This document shows positions 40,077 to 49,262 of a stretch of DNA of 64,000 nt, in pieces. Both the position numbers and the translations under genes were made by a program. The notes beneath the pieces were generated by a model, which worked only from the letters and a program-made list of their open reading frames with translations, made no database searches and had not been told where the DNA came from. How positions within the stretch are numbered: position 1 is the first letter of the stretch; each line of letters opens with the position of its first letter. This DNA is from an uncultured delta proteobacterium (GTDB lineage: Bacteria; Myxococcota_A; Polyangia; Polyangiales; Polyangiaceae), in NCBI GenBank assembly GCA_963696385.1, contig CAVOKF010000007.1, forward strand, positions 1,248,001 to 1,312,000. Reading direction: 5' to 3'.

Positions 40077-41731
40077 GGCTCGGCATCCCCTACGGCCCAT
40101 GGCGCGGCACCGCGTAGACCGTACCCCTCGAGGCGATTGCGGTAGTAAAAAAGCAGACGTGAGTCGCGGACGCAAAATTCGGCGCCGATGCGGTCGATGA
40201 CGGGCAGCGGGTGGTAGGTGCGGAAAGTCTCAAGACCGCGGCGCAAGACGGCGGACGCATCCGTCGCCTCGGCCGACAGTCGAATATGCCGTTGTCGTGC
40301 CAAATCGCGGAGCTCCTCGAGCAGCCTGTCGACTTCCGCGCGCACGGCCGCTTCGGGCACCGTCGCATCCGGCGACAGGCTCTCGAGCAGTCGGAACAAG
40401 TCCAACCCCGGCGACCGTCGTCGGACCAGCTCGAAAAGGGCAAAGGCAAGAATGCTCGTGGGCAGCGCGACGTTGTCGTTCCGGTACGACGCCAGAATGC
40501 GCCGCTCCAAACCTCGCGTATATTCGGCGTCGCGGGAAGGGTCGTCGCCGACCTCCCCATCGGCCAGCAAGTAGCGCATCGGATCCACCCGACGCCCGCG
40601 CGGGTCGCGAGATTCTCCGGCGGCATCGACCCCATTTCCGAATGGATCGAGAGGTGGCCCAATGACCAGGTCGATTCGCAGGTTCAAGCGAAGCAGTCCG
40701 CGGAAGAAGTCGACCCAGCGTCCTGCCACGCTGAACTCGTCGTCGGGCGCCAAGTAGCGTTGCTTGCCCGCTTTCTCGAGGAAATTTGCGACGAGGCTCT
40801 TCGCCTCGAGAACCAGTGGGTACGTTGCGGTCGCCGGAAAGACAAACATCCTCGGCCGTGGCCGCCGGCGAAGCACGTTGTTCTTGAACGCGCGGATGCT
40901 GGTTCCGAGAAGCCCTTTCTTCAGCCGAGTCTCGATGGCCCCCGAGCGGCTCCGTGTGCCACCGGGAAAGAAGAGACTGTGCTGGCCATGCTCGAGCTGC
41001 ACGCTGGCAAACTCCTTCAGGACCTGTCGGTAAAGTGGGTCCGTCTTGCGGCGATCCACCGTGTACGCGCCAAGATGATTCATGAAAAAACCGATGAAAG
41101 GATTCGAGAACAAGTTGAGCCCGGCGCCGTATGCGAAGGGCGGCAGGCCCATGCGAAAGATGGCGAACCCGAAGAGGACCGAGTCGAGGTTCGAGCTGTG
41201 AGTAGGCACGAGCACGACCGTGCCCAATCGGGCGAGCGCGCGCAGCGTCGCCACTTCTCCTCCGATGGCGACGTTCTCTTCCAGGCGGGGAAAATCGTGG
41301 GAGCGCGCGCGAAGCCTCGCGGGCGAGAGCCCATTGAGCAACCCGCTCAGCGCCAACGGCAAGGCGCGCGTCGCGATCGCGTACACGCGAGGATCGAAGT
41401 GCCCGCGAATTTCGTCGGCGTAGTGGACCAGGACTTGCCGCACGAGATCCGCGCGGACTGGGGCATCCGCGCGCGCCAAGTTGCGTGCGATGCGGGCGAA
41501 AAACGCGGTGTCCGCGCGACCGCGGGCGTCCGCCTCGTTGGCGAGGCGAGTGCGCTCGCAGAAAAGTGTTTCGCGCAGAGCCGCAGCGTTCGGGTCCACG
41601 GTACGGTCTGAAGCGACCCTCGTCTGGAGGCTGCGTGCCACTCGCTCGACCGCCTCGTCGGCAAAGGACGCTTGCTCTCGCGTGCCGAGCGTGGGGCAAT
41701 CCGGCTTGAACCGATTGCGCGAGGAACTCAC
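40073..41731 (-). CDS. Glycerol-3-phosphate acyltransferase (PlsB-like LPLAT)
   Basis: PTHSSNLD (HX4D), GAGLNL, GAYTVDR, FFPGGTRSRSG; GTG 41731 overlaps the upstream TGA. Confidence 0.85.
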   Translation of the reverse strand: MSSSRNRFKPDCPTLGTREQASFADEAVERVARSLQTRVASDRTVDPNAAALRETLFCERTRLANEADARGRADTAFFARIARNLARADAPVRADLVRQVLVHYADEIRGHFDPRVYAIATRALPLALSGLLNGLSPARLRARSHDFPRLEENVAIGGEVATLRALARLGTVVLVPTHSSNLDSVLFGFAIFRMGLPPFAYGAGLNLFSNPFIGFFMNHLGAYTVDRRKTDPLYRQVLKEFASVQLEHGQHSLFFPGGTRSRSGAIETRLKKGLLGTSIRAFKNNVLRRRPRPRMFVFPATATYPLVLEAKSLVANFLEKAGKQRYLAPDDEFSVAGRWVDFFRGLLRLNLRIDLVIGPPLDPFGNGVDAAGESRDPRGRRVDPMRYLLADGEVGDDPSRDAEYTRGLERRILASYRNDNVALPTSILAFALFELVRRRSPGLDLFRLLESLSPDATVPEAAVRAEVDRLLEELRDLARQRHIRLSAEATDASAVLRRGLETFRTYHPLPVIDRIGAEFCVRDSRLLFYYRNRLEGYGLRGAAPWAVGDAEP

Positions 41732-42486
41732 GGGCTGAACGTGCCGCGCAGTCCGAGGGTCGCCAGCTCGTGGCCTGCGTGCCCAACATCCGGCAGCGGA
41801 CTGCTCATCGCCGGCGCGCCCGGAACCGTGACCGATTGAGTTCCAGTGTGAACGTTGTATTCGCCGGCACTTGCGCTGATGAACGGACCGACTCCGAACA
41901 TCCGGCCGAAGCGCCAGTCGATGCCGAGAGTGACCGAAACGAACTCCCGACCACGGTCGGTGGCGCTGACGTCCACGCCGGCGGCAGCGGCTGTGTTCGG
42001 AAGGGGCGTCGTGCCGCTGGCGGTCGAATGGAGGATCTCGTAGCCGACCCCGAGGCCTATATAGGGGTCGAACCGCAACGGCCGAAAATGAACCTCTGCC
42101 TCTATACCGACACGCCAGTCTTGCGACGCGCATGAAAAGCCCGCCGGACAGGTCACCGGATCGTTCTTGCGGAAGACGGGCGCGAATTGTCCGTAAATGC
42201 CGGCATAGAACTCGGGCAGGAAGCGCCAACCCAGGTCGAGCTGAATGGGCACCGCGCCGCTCATCGTGTCGGTCAGAGAGACCCCCGAGTACACGACACC
42301 GGCACCCAGGCCGAAACCGACCTTCAGAGCGGCCTGGGGGCCAGGCCGCGCCAAGGACTGTGGCAACCCACCGGCCGGCTGCTCGGCCGGCGCTGGGGCG
42401 CCTCGTTCGTCTGCGTGCGAATCGACGGTGGCCACGAGCGCAGGCAACGCGGACAACGCAACAAGGATCCGCAGCATGGGTTTCAT
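41728..42486 (-). CDS. Outer-membrane beta-barrel protein (OmpA-like membrane domain)
   Basis: Signal peptide (SHA-D); alternating strands QLDLGWRF, DPYIGLGVGYE; C-terminal LGLRGTF; one Cys pair. Confidence 0.72.
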   Translation of the reverse strand: MKPMLRILVALSALPALVATVDSHADERGAPAPAEQPAGGLPQSLARPGPQAALKVGFGLGAGVVYSGVSLTDTMSGAVPIQLDLGWRFLPEFYAGIYGQFAPVFRKNDPVTCPAGFSCASQDWRVGIEAEVHFRPLRFDPYIGLGVGYEILHSTASGTTPLPNTAAAAGVDVSATDRGREFVSVTLGIDWRFGRMFGVGPFISASAGEYNVHTGTQSVTVPGAPAMSSPLPDVGHAGHELATLGLRGTFSP

Positions 42487-42798
42487 TGGGAACCTCCGAA
42501 TTCGGGACCTGCCCCTGCTGCAGTGCAAGGATCGAGCTACCGTCGTCCTGCGACGCCGCTCCCTGGGTTGGGGAGTCCGTCACAGTGTCGCGCTGCGCCT
42601 CTATTCGCCATCCTGATGGACTTTGCGCGATCGCGGGCCATCGAGTCCCGCTTGGCCGCCGGAGCGCCCCCTTCGGTCGGGAGTCAATCGATCCACCGGC
42701 AGTCGCTGGACCGGGCGCGATCTCGTTACCTGGGAACGCAAGATTTGCGCTCCACGACGGGGCCGAAAGGGCTTAGCCATGCCCGCGGTGGCCGCCTC

Positions 42799-43011
42799 AT
42801 GGTGATAGAGTCGGCGACCGTGCGACGCGTGTGGCGCTGGCAATGGCTCTTGATCGTGCCGTTCGTCGGCACCCTGTGGGTGCCATTCTACAATGCGATC
42901 GAGCCGCGGATGGGCGGCATCCCGTATTTCTACTGGTACCAGTTCTTATGGGTCGGTATCAGTGCGGCATTGACCGCGATGGTCTACTTCGCGACGCGTG
43001 GTGACCGATGA
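42799..43011 (+). CDS. DUF3311-family small membrane protein (solute symporter partner)
   Basis: LLIVPFVGTLWVPFYNAIEPRMGGIPYFYWYQFLWV; ATGA coupling to the symporter. Confidence 0.85.
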   Translation: MVIESATVRRVWRWQWLLIVPFVGTLWVPFYNAIEPRMGGIPYFYWYQFLWVGISAALTAMVYFATRGDR

Positions 43012-44555
43012 ACGGAATCAACACGACCGCACTCGCGGTGTTTGCGGCGCTCTTCGTTCTGGTGACCTTCCTGGGCTTTTTCGCTGCGCGATGGCGACGA
43101 GCGGATCTGCATCAGCTGCACGAGTGGGGTCTCGGTGGCCGGCGCTTTGGAACCTTGGTCACCTGGTTTCTGCTCGGGGGAGACTTGTACACTGCATACA
43201 CGTTCGTCGCGGTGCCGGCGCTCGTGTTCGGCCAGGGGGCCATCGGCTTTTTCGCGATGCCCTACACCATCATCAACTACCCGTTCGTCTTCGTGGTCAT
43301 GCCCCGTCTCTGGAACGTGTCGAGCCGCCATGGGTACATCACCGCGGCCGACTTCGTCCGCGGGCGCTTCGACAGTCCCGCGCTGGCCCTAGCCGTCGCC
43401 GCCACCGGCATACTCGCGACGATGCCGTACATCGCGCTTCAGCTGGTCGGCATCCAAGTCGTCCTCGGCGCAATGGGCATTGAGGGCCGGGGCTGGATGG
43501 CGGAGCTGCCGCTGGTCGGCGCGTTCGTCATCCTTGCGGCATACACGTACCAGAGCGGGTTGCGTGCGCCGGCGCTCATTGCTGTGGTCAAGGACGCAAT
43601 CATTTACGTCACAGTCGCCGCCGCCGTGATGATCATCCCGTCGAAGCTCGGTGGCTACGCGGCGATTTTCGCCGCGGTGCCGCCGGCGAAGCTCATTTTG
43701 ACGCCGCCGAGCCCCGGCACTCTCGGGCAGTCCAGCGCCTACGCGACGCTAGCCCTTGGATCGGCGCTCGCACTGTTTTTGTATCCCCATTCGTTGACCG
43801 GGGTGTTGAGCTCGAGTGGGCCTGCGGTCATCCGGCGCAACACCGCGATGCTTCCAGCGTATTCCTTCTTGCTTGGACTCATCGCGCTACTCGGGTACAT
43901 GGCGATCGCCGACAAGGTCGACCAGATACCCGCGTTCGTGGCCGGCTTTCAGCAATACGGCCCGAACTTTTCGGTCCCCGCACTCTTTCTCCATATGTTC
44001 CCGTCCTGGTTCGTGGGATTCGCGTTCGCGGCAATCGCCATCGGCGCCCTCGTGCCCGCGGCGATCATGTCGATCGCCGCGGCGAACCTGTTTACGCGCA
44101 ACATTTACAAAGAGTTCATACGACCGACGTGCGCCGGCAAGGAGGAGTCCACGGTAGCGAAGATCGCGTCGCTTGCGGTCAAGTTCGGCGCGCTGGTGTT
44201 CATCGTCCTCGTGCCGCAAAAGTACGCCATCCAGCTCCAGCTGCTCGGCGGCGTCTGGATCTTGCAGACGTTCCCTGCCGTCATCGTCGGCCTCTACACA
44301 CGGCGGCTTCACCGCTGGGGCCTTCTCGCCGGTTGGCTCACCGGGATGACGCTGGGTACGTGGATGGCCCGCGAGCTCGCCTTCAAGGCCACTGTGTACC
44401 CGCTGACCATCGGCGGGCTCGTCATCCCTGGATACACGGCCCTTTGGGCCCTCATCGCGAACTTCGCGGTGGCGGCCGCCGTGAGCGCCGCGTTGGGCGC
44501 CGCGGGTGTCGCGAACGGGCAAGATGCGACTCGGGCCGAGGATTACTCGGGCTGA
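43008..44555 (+). CDS. mctP: Sodium:solute symporter, monocarboxylate permease MctP-like
   Basis: EWGLGGRRFG, WFLLGGDLYTAYTF, TMPYIALQLVG, LALFLYPH, GALVPAAIMSIAAANLFTRN. Confidence 0.85.
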   Translation: MNGINTTALAVFAALFVLVTFLGFFAARWRRADLHQLHEWGLGGRRFGTLVTWFLLGGDLYTAYTFVAVPALVFGQGAIGFFAMPYTIINYPFVFVVMPRLWNVSSRHGYITAADFVRGRFDSPALALAVAATGILATMPYIALQLVGIQVVLGAMGIEGRGWMAELPLVGAFVILAAYTYQSGLRAPALIAVVKDAIIYVTVAAAVMIIPSKLGGYAAIFAAVPPAKLILTPPSPGTLGQSSAYATLALGSALALFLYPHSLTGVLSSSGPAVIRRNTAMLPAYSFLLGLIALLGYMAIADKVDQIPAFVAGFQQYGPNFSVPALFLHMFPSWFVGFAFAAIAIGALVPAAIMSIAAANLFTRNIYKEFIRPTCAGKEESTVAKIASLAVKFGALVFIVLVPQKYAIQLQLLGGVWILQTFPAVIVGLYTRRLHRWGLLAGWLTGMTLGTWMARELAFKATVYPLTIGGLVIPGYTALWALIANFAVAAAVSAALGAAGVANGQDATRAEDYSG

Positions 44556-44602
44556 ACGGACCCGCGTGGGCGGCGCCGATCGCCCAGCGGCAGCCCATCC
44601 CT

Positions 44603-44935
44603 TCAGCGCGACCGGAAGATGAAGTAGGCGGCGCCGACGATGCAGAGCCCGGCCCAGAGGTAGTCGAGCTTGGGCGCTTCCTTCATATAGACGATCGAAA
44701 AGGGCACGAAGACCGAGAGCGTGATCATCTCCTGCGTGATTTTGAGCTGACCCAGCGAGAACCGACCGTAACCGATGCGGTTCGCGGGAACCTGAAGCGC
44801 GTACTCGAAGAACGCGACCCCCCAACTCGCAAGGACCGCTACGTACCACGGGGCCGACCGCAGCGTTCGCAGATGGCCGTACCACGCGTACGTCATGAAG
44901 AGGTTCGAGCCCACGAGAAGCAAGACCGTTTTCAT
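44603..44935 (-). CDS. DMT-family small membrane protein (DUF486)
   Basis: SNLFMTYAWYGHL, SWGVAFFEY.LQVPANRIG, QLKITQE. Confidence 0.88.
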   Translation of the reverse strand: MKTVLLLVGSNLFMTYAWYGHLRTLRSAPWYVAVLASWGVAFFEYALQVPANRIGYGRFSLGQLKITQEMITLSVFVPFSIVYMKEAPKLDYLWAGLCIVGAAYFIFRSR

Positions 44936-45072
44936 GACAAAATCCCTATTCGATTCATCGTCGAGCGACGAGCGGAACGAGCGACCCCTGCCCCGGAGGC
45001 GCCCCGCATCGACAGATTGGCCTCCCGGAAAGCCTGGCGGGCGGCCGCGACGGGCGGTAGCGTCCGGACCCC

Positions 45073-45321
45073 ATGTCCGACGAAGACCTCAAGGCCGAAC
45101 TCGAACGTCTGCGCGTCGAGAACGAGCGCCTCAAGAAGCGCGGGCAGCGAACGACGTCGCTCAAGGTCTCGGAGAAGGGCGGCGTCTCGCTCTACGGACT
45201 TGGGCGCTTCCCGGTGACGCTCTACAAGGAGCAGTGGGCGAAACTGCTCGACATGGGCGACGCGATTCGCGCGTTCATCAAGGAGAACGAGGCGAAGTTG
45301 AAGTCGAAGGGCGACGAATAA
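45073..45321 (+). CDS. Conserved-looking small protein, coiled coil plus possible PC4-like domain
   Basis: 82 aa with strong GC3 codon bias; LKVSEKGGVSLYGLGRFPVTLYKEQWAKLL. Confidence 0.75.
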   Translation: MSDEDLKAELERLRVENERLKKRGQRTTSLKVSEKGGVSLYGLGRFPVTLYKEQWAKLLDMGDAIRAFIKENEAKLKSKGDE

Positions 45322-45348
45322 CCAAAACGCCCGGAATCGTCGGGTCAA

Positions 45349-45470
45349 GGTCGGATGGCCGTGACGCTCGGGTCGGATGGCCTAACGGTCGGACACTCGA
45401 GGTTGCGCTTTTTTCGGGCCAGGGTCGGATCGTCCGTGACGGTCGCGCACTCGAGGTTGCGCTTTTTTCG
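45349..45470. repeat. Intergenic imperfect tandem duplication with a 23-bp exact core
   Basis: CACTCGAGGTTGCGCTTTTTTCG at 45394-45416 and 45448-45470; GGTCGGAT occurs three times. Confidence 0.85.
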
Positions 45471-45527
45471 ACTCCGAGCAGGACAGGTGCTGTCCCCGCG
45501 GCGGCCGGGTGCTTAGCATCGCGGGCG

Positions 45528-46874
45528 ATGCTACCGCCCGGCTCGTGGACTCCCGCTTTCTGGCAGACGTATCGCTTCTTGACCGCTCCGCGCGAGTACT
45601 CGAAGACCATTTCCACCCGTTACGGCAAAATCAGCCGCTTCCGGGGTCTCAACGGTCACGGCGTCGCCATCGCCGACCCCGAACTGGCTCGTGCAGTGTT
45701 CGCGGCCGAACCCGACACGTTCGAGACGGCGCCCGTGCTCACCGACATTTTTGGATCCCACTCGGTCATCGCGGTGTCGGGGCCGAAGCACAAGGGTCAG
45801 CGCAAGCTGTTGAACCCTCGCTTCCACGGTGTACGAATAAAGGCCTATCTCCAGGTGATGCAAAGGGTCGTCCGGGACCACCTGGAGGGATGGCAAAGAG
45901 CGCGCGAGGACGGTAGCGTCGTCGTCGTCCACGATCTGGCGCAAGCCCTCACGCTGGACGTCATCATCGAGACCGTGTTCGGCGACAGCCTGGGCGGAGA
46001 GCGCTCGTCCGCGCGAGAGATCGTGCGGGATCTCATGGGTGCGCTCTCGCCGACCTTCGTTGCCGCCCGAGCCTTGCGCTCTTCGCTGTATCCCCCGTGG
46101 CGCACCTTTGTGCGCCGCCGCGCGGCCTTCGACGGGTGGGTCGATCGCATGACGTTCGATCGGCGCGCGCGGGGGGACCTGGGCACCGACATCCTGGGAC
46201 TTCTGCTCGAAGCTCGGTACGACGACGGCGCCAGCATGCCCGACGTCGAGATCCGCGACCAGCTCATGACACTGCTCCTGGCGGGCTACGAAACAACCGC
46301 CATCGCCTTCGCTTGGGGCGTGTACTGGCTGCTGCGCGAGCCATCCACGCTCGAACTCCTGCGGCGGTCGATCGACGATCTCGGACCGGACCCGTCGCTC
46401 GAAGCTCTGGTGCGCCTGCCCTACCTGCAAGCCGTCATCGCCGAGACCTTGCGCGTCGAGCCGATTGTGACCGACGTCGGGCGGATCTGCCACGTGCCGC
46501 TCGAAATAGGCCCCTTCACCATTCCGGCGGGTGAGCTCGCCATTGTCAACGTGAGCGCAATCCTGGCCGATCCTGATCTGTTCCCGGAGCCGCATCGGTT
46601 TCGCCCGGACCGGTTCCTCGGTCGGGGCTTCCACGCCGGTGAGTTCATGCCGTTCGGAGGCGGAAGTCGGCGCTGTCTCGGCGCCGCGTTCGCCGAGTCC
46701 GAACTCGCGATTGCCCTTGCCGCCGTGGCCGCCGACTGGGAACTGGTCCTCGCAGACGACAGGCCTGAGGAGGCGGTTCGGCGCAACATCACCATGGGCC
46801 CGAAGCGCGGCGTCCGCGTTCGTGTGTTGGGACGGCGTGTCGTGCCGCGAGGAGGATCCGCCATCGCAGGCTGA
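45528..46874 (+). CDS. Cytochrome P450
   Basis: I-helix AGYETT, ExxR ETLR, FRPDRF, heme motif FGGGSRRCLG. Confidence 0.95.
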   Translation: MLPPGSWTPAFWQTYRFLTAPREYSKTISTRYGKISRFRGLNGHGVAIADPELARAVFAAEPDTFETAPVLTDIFGSHSVIAVSGPKHKGQRKLLNPRFHGVRIKAYLQVMQRVVRDHLEGWQRAREDGSVVVVHDLAQALTLDVIIETVFGDSLGGERSSAREIVRDLMGALSPTFVAARALRSSLYPPWRTFVRRRAAFDGWVDRMTFDRRARGDLGTDILGLLLEARYDDGASMPDVEIRDQLMTLLLAGYETTAIAFAWGVYWLLREPSTLELLRRSIDDLGPDPSLEALVRLPYLQAVIAETLRVEPIVTDVGRICHVPLEIGPFTIPAGELAIVNVSAILADPDLFPEPHRFRPDRFLGRGFHAGEFMPFGGGSRRCLGAAFAESELAIALAAVAADWELVLADDRPEEAVRRNITMGPKRGVRVRVLGRRVVPRGGSAIAG

Positions 46875-46911
46875 CGCGAGCCGAGGACCTCGATTCCGCG
46901 GAATGGAAGGG

Positions 46912-47610
46912 TCACCCCTTGCGTTTCGAGTAACCGACCGTTTGCGCGAACAGCACATGCTGCTGGGGACGCAGGTTCAGCTTCCGGGACAGACCGGCTC
47001 GATCGCAGTTGTGAAACCACGCGGCGAGCCCTTGCGACGCGGCGAACAGATACACGTTGCCGGCGATGAGCCCCGTGTCGACGTAGTAGTAGGACTTCTG
47101 CACCTCGGGATCGTGCAGCCCCGGCTCCTGAAAGCCGGACGTGTGAGTCAGTCGTTCGATGTCGACGACGTAGAGCAGTTGGGCCGGCGCCTTCATGGCG
47201 ACGTTCTTCTGGCCGGGGCCGATGGCCATCGTGCGCAGATCGCTTGCCACGATGGGAAGCAATCGGTGCTCGCGAGCGTCAAAGAGGTAGACGCCCTGCT
47301 CCAGGGCGACGTAGAGCTCGATCTCCTGTGAGTTGCTCGCGGACGCGGCCGTGATTCCGAGAGCGCCAAAGGGACCTCTCCGCCGATTGACTCCGCACGC
47401 TGCCCAGAGCAGGTTCGAGAGCAACTGGATCGGCATTTTCCTGTCGCTGATCTCGCGCATCGTCTGGCGTCGTCGCAACGATTGAGGCAGCGACTTGCCG
47501 GTGCGGATCTTGGGCGTTGGGAGATCGATCGGCGCAGGGGCCCGTGACGAGGGTCGATGGCGGCGAGTCGCATTCGCCTCGTGTCTAGGTGGCAAGGTCT
47601 TTTCCGGCAT
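46912..47610 (-). CDS. Nitroreductase-family protein (SagB/ThcOx-like fold)
   Basis: LSNLLWAACGVNR, TAASASNSQEI, DTGLIAGNVYLFAASQGL, FAQTVGY. Confidence 0.85.
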   Translation of the reverse strand: MPEKTLPPRHEANATRRHRPSSRAPAPIDLPTPKIRTGKSLPQSLRRRQTMREISDRKMPIQLLSNLLWAACGVNRRRGPFGALGITAASASNSQEIELYVALEQGVYLFDAREHRLLPIVASDLRTMAIGPGQKNVAMKAPAQLLYVVDIERLTHTSGFQEPGLHDPEVQKSYYYVDTGLIAGNVYLFAASQGLAAWFHNCDRAGLSRKLNLRPQQHVLFAQTVGYSKRKG

Positions 47611-47659
47611 CGGGGCATTCCCTTTCGTGCGCACGGCCCGCAAATCGCCGAAGCCGCTT

Positions 47660-48223
47660 TCAGCGATCCCACCAGGCGATCTTCGGGTCCGCACGCGGGA
47701 CCGGCGCGGGGATCGCGCTCGCGTAGCCGACGATGAGCGGTGCCACGGCGACTCCATTCGCCGGCAAGCCGATCTGCGCTTTGACTTCCGGAGTGTTCAG
47801 CAGGGCCACCGCAAGTCCGATGCAGCAGGTGCCGAGTCCGCCCTCGCAGGCGGCGAGCATGAGATTGCCTGCCGCGAGCCAGCAATCCGCGTCGGTGTAA
47901 GGACCGCGCTCGGCCGCGCCGATGACGACGAGCGTGCTCGCGTTGTAAAATATGTTGAACGCCGGATTCCGAAGCCGGTCCTCGTAGTGCTTCGCTTTCG
48001 GATCTCCCGCGGCCTGTTCCAGAAGTAGACTCTTGGCGCGGTCGGAATAGCGCTTCAGGCTCGCGACGTTCTGAACGACCGAAAAGAGCCACGGCTGTCG
48101 ATTCATCGCACTGGGCGCCTGCACCGCGGCCCGTAAGAGCGTTCGAAGGGTCGCTTCATCGACCTTGCGCAGCGCGTAGTCACGGACGGCCCTTCGCCCA
48201 AAAATGGCTTCGGTGAGATTCAT
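47660..48223 (-). CDS. Nitroreductase-family protein
   Basis: RRAVRDY, APSAMNRQPW, NLMLAA..GLGTC, VGY. Confidence 0.9.
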   Translation of the reverse strand: MNLTEAIFGRRAVRDYALRKVDEATLRTLLRAAVQAPSAMNRQPWLFSVVQNVASLKRYSDRAKSLLLEQAAGDPKAKHYEDRLRNPAFNIFYNASTLVVIGAAERGPYTDADCWLAAGNLMLAACEGGLGTCCIGLAVALLNTPEVKAQIGLPANGVAVAPLIVGYASAIPAPVPRADPKIAWWDR

Positions 48224-49262
48224 GGTGTCGCTTGGAGAGCAACGCTCGTGCCCGTCCGCGCCGCGCATCGCCCACGTGCTGGGCTCGCAGGGTCCTTGCG
48301 CCGAGGCCTGCCCTCGAGGGTCGGCCTAAAACGGCGGCCGGCGCGCGGTCACCGTCACGCGCGACGGTCGTCGGCCGTACCACGTGCAGATCGCCCCTGC
48401 AGGGGCGCGGTGTGCGTGCCCACCGCAGGGGCGCGATGTGCGCCGGGCAAGCAAGCCTTGCCGACTCCATGCGAACGTTTCGGCACGCACCGCTGTCGGG
48501 CGCGAGCGCAAGCTTTGCACCGCCGGAACGCAAGAGGTGCGGCAACGCAAAGCTTCAGCTCCTTCGCTTGCTGCGCGCAGTCCGTCCGATGGGCTTTGAC
48601 ACCGCGGCCCGTGCCCGCCCGTCGGCCGCCGTCAGAACAGCGCGAGCGTCTTTCCCTTCGGAAGCTCCGCCGCCGGATCGCTCACCCGCTCGATGAGCTT
48701 GGGTTCGTCGTTTCGGACGCTGTTCACGGCGAAGCTCACGGGGTAGCAGGTCAGCCCGTCCGCCGTCGCCCCTGCAAGGATCGGGCGGGCGTCCTTCACG
48801 CTCGAGTCGAGCCAAGCCGCGAAGCTGTCGGGCGCAAGGACGACGGGCATGCGGTCGTGCAAGGTGGCCACGACCCCTTGCGACGGCGCCGTGATGATCG
48901 CGCACCCGCCGGTCGAGTCATAGATGCCGGCCATCGCCATCGGCGCTTTGTCCCGGCGTACGATGAGATACGGGAACTTCTTCCCACCGAGCGAGCGCCA
49001 TTCGTAGAAGCCATCCACGACCACGAGGCAGCGGTTGTCGCGAACCTTGTCCCGGTAGATGGGCTTGGTCAGCGACTCCACTCGCGCGTTGATGCCGGCC
49101 ATGCGTGGGTCGGGCATCCTGAGGCCCCAGCGCAGCAGTTCGAGGTGACGGGGATGGCGAATGACCGGGATCGCTTCGCTGGGCGCCAGGTTGTATCGGT
49201 CGCAAAGGTCGTCGGCAACCGACTCGAGGTCGAACACTTGCTTTAGAGCCTCGGCGGGGCTA

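Noticed and set aside
40073..42583. 836-aa giant acyltransferase ORF
   Set aside because: The N-terminal extension is an alternate frame of the OMP gene; a coupled start at 41731 explains the locus.
45394..45470. Mini-CRISPR (23-bp repeat, 31-bp spacer)
   Set aside because: Only two copies, similarity extends into the spacer and flank, and no cas genes; fits a tandem duplication.
46912..47610. Azole-RiPP dehydrogenase
   Set aside because: No YcaO, E1-like protein or precursor nearby; stand-alone nitroreductase fold.
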